From Octopus bimaculoides (taxonomy: Eukaryota): 64,000 nt of DNA. Position 1 is the first letter of the stretch. Each line of letters begins with the position of its first letter. Position numbers and translations under genes: made by a program. Shown here piece by piece: positions 63,075 to 64,000 of this stretch. The notes below the pieces were generated by a model that made no database searches, was not told the origin of the DNA, and saw nothing but the letters and a program-made list of their open reading frames with translations. The stretch is from contig NC_068991.1 in the NCBI RefSeq assembly GCF_001194135.2, positions 8,690,930-8,754,929 of the forward strand, written 5' to 3'.

Positions 63075-64000
63075 AGTCTTGCAGCAAAGTAACAGCTCTT
63101 TCGGTGTTATGACTAACACTAGAACAGTTGCCTTTCCCCTGTAAGACTAAAGAGTATTTTATCGGGGCACTAACATTACTATGGTAAAATGCTCCTTGTG
63201 CACTCTATATAAAGTGGCTGGTAAACGAACAGAGACTGGAGAGAGGACTCATTAATTTTGCTAAGTGCATGACAACTTCTCTATAACCGATTCCACGGTA
63301 GAATGCACCAAGTAGTTGGTGTTAGGAAGGGCACCCAACCTCAGAAACCCTGGAAACTTTGGGACATACGAGTGACACGTGTTCCGGATCTTCTAAGATG
63401 GTAGTAACTCCAAATGGGAACTGACTAGGATAGTGGCGAATTTACTCCAGTACAGGACTGGTATTTTATTTATCGATCTCAAAAGGAACAAGAGCGAAGT
63501 TGATCTTGGCGAGATAGGCGTTCAATGTGTGGAAAACCGGAACGATTGCCGTAAAGCAATCTATCTGACGCTCTAACGACTGAAAAATCAACCGTCTAAG
63601 CACCAATCGCCTCTTGCCAAAGCAGTTGCTCCTAAATAGTTATTTAGTGGTCCAATTTCTCTTAAATTTTGTACTATCTTTAAAAGAGGAAGTATATGTA
63701 TACTTTATGATCGGATGCTCAATAAAAATAGGATTGTTTTACAGGCAATTGAATTGTATGGTGAAAATCAAGCGTTCCCACTGTAGCAACTATGACGTAC
63801 TTGAACACTAGTTTACTTCTATGTAAATGATATGTTAACCGTAAACCAAAGGTCAAAATGTAAAATTTCAAATTGTTAGGGTAGAGGAATTGCTCTTTAG
63901 ATCTGGTTTCATAGCATTAACCCAATGAGACAGCTCTCTCTTCTATCTCCCGGATAACGTTACGAGATCATCTATCCCTGTTAGCTAAGGGAACCGAAGT

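Overview
Eukaryotic, AT-rich, microsatellite- and SINE-rich genomic DNA with four N gaps. The repeat families and gene content look like a coleoid cephalopod, most likely Octopus; this is an inference, not a database result. The window holds two convergent protein-coding genes. (1) On the + strand at 1002-11411, an uninterrupted 10.4-kb ORF (3469 aa) encodes about 32 zinc fingers. Twenty of them form ten near-identical C2H2 doublets spread along acidic linkers rich in SUMO sites and SIMs. (2) On the - strand is a PTP-PEST-family (PTPN12/18/22) non-receptor tyrosine phosphatase. I assembled 16 phase-compatible GT-AG exons from 37774 down to the stop at 16976 (1854 nt, 617 aa plus stop). They include an intact catalytic domain, five exons under 50 nt and the C-terminal CTH motif; the first coding exon was not found. 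The remainder is intronic or intergenic: RTE LINE fragments, several tRNA-derived SINE families, hAT-like MITEs and mini/microsatellites. Non-coding highlights are two minimal hammerhead-ribozyme-like motifs (40180-40225, inside a tRNA-headed SINE; 55835-55894, inside a perfect 37-bp inverted repeat), a 403-bp Merlin-like MITE with an exact 8-bp TSD and head-to-head TTAGGG/CCCTAA arrays (62445-62847), and two long intronic hairpins (18454-18580, 25452-25546). There is no CRISPR array, rRNA gene or bona fide tRNA gene.
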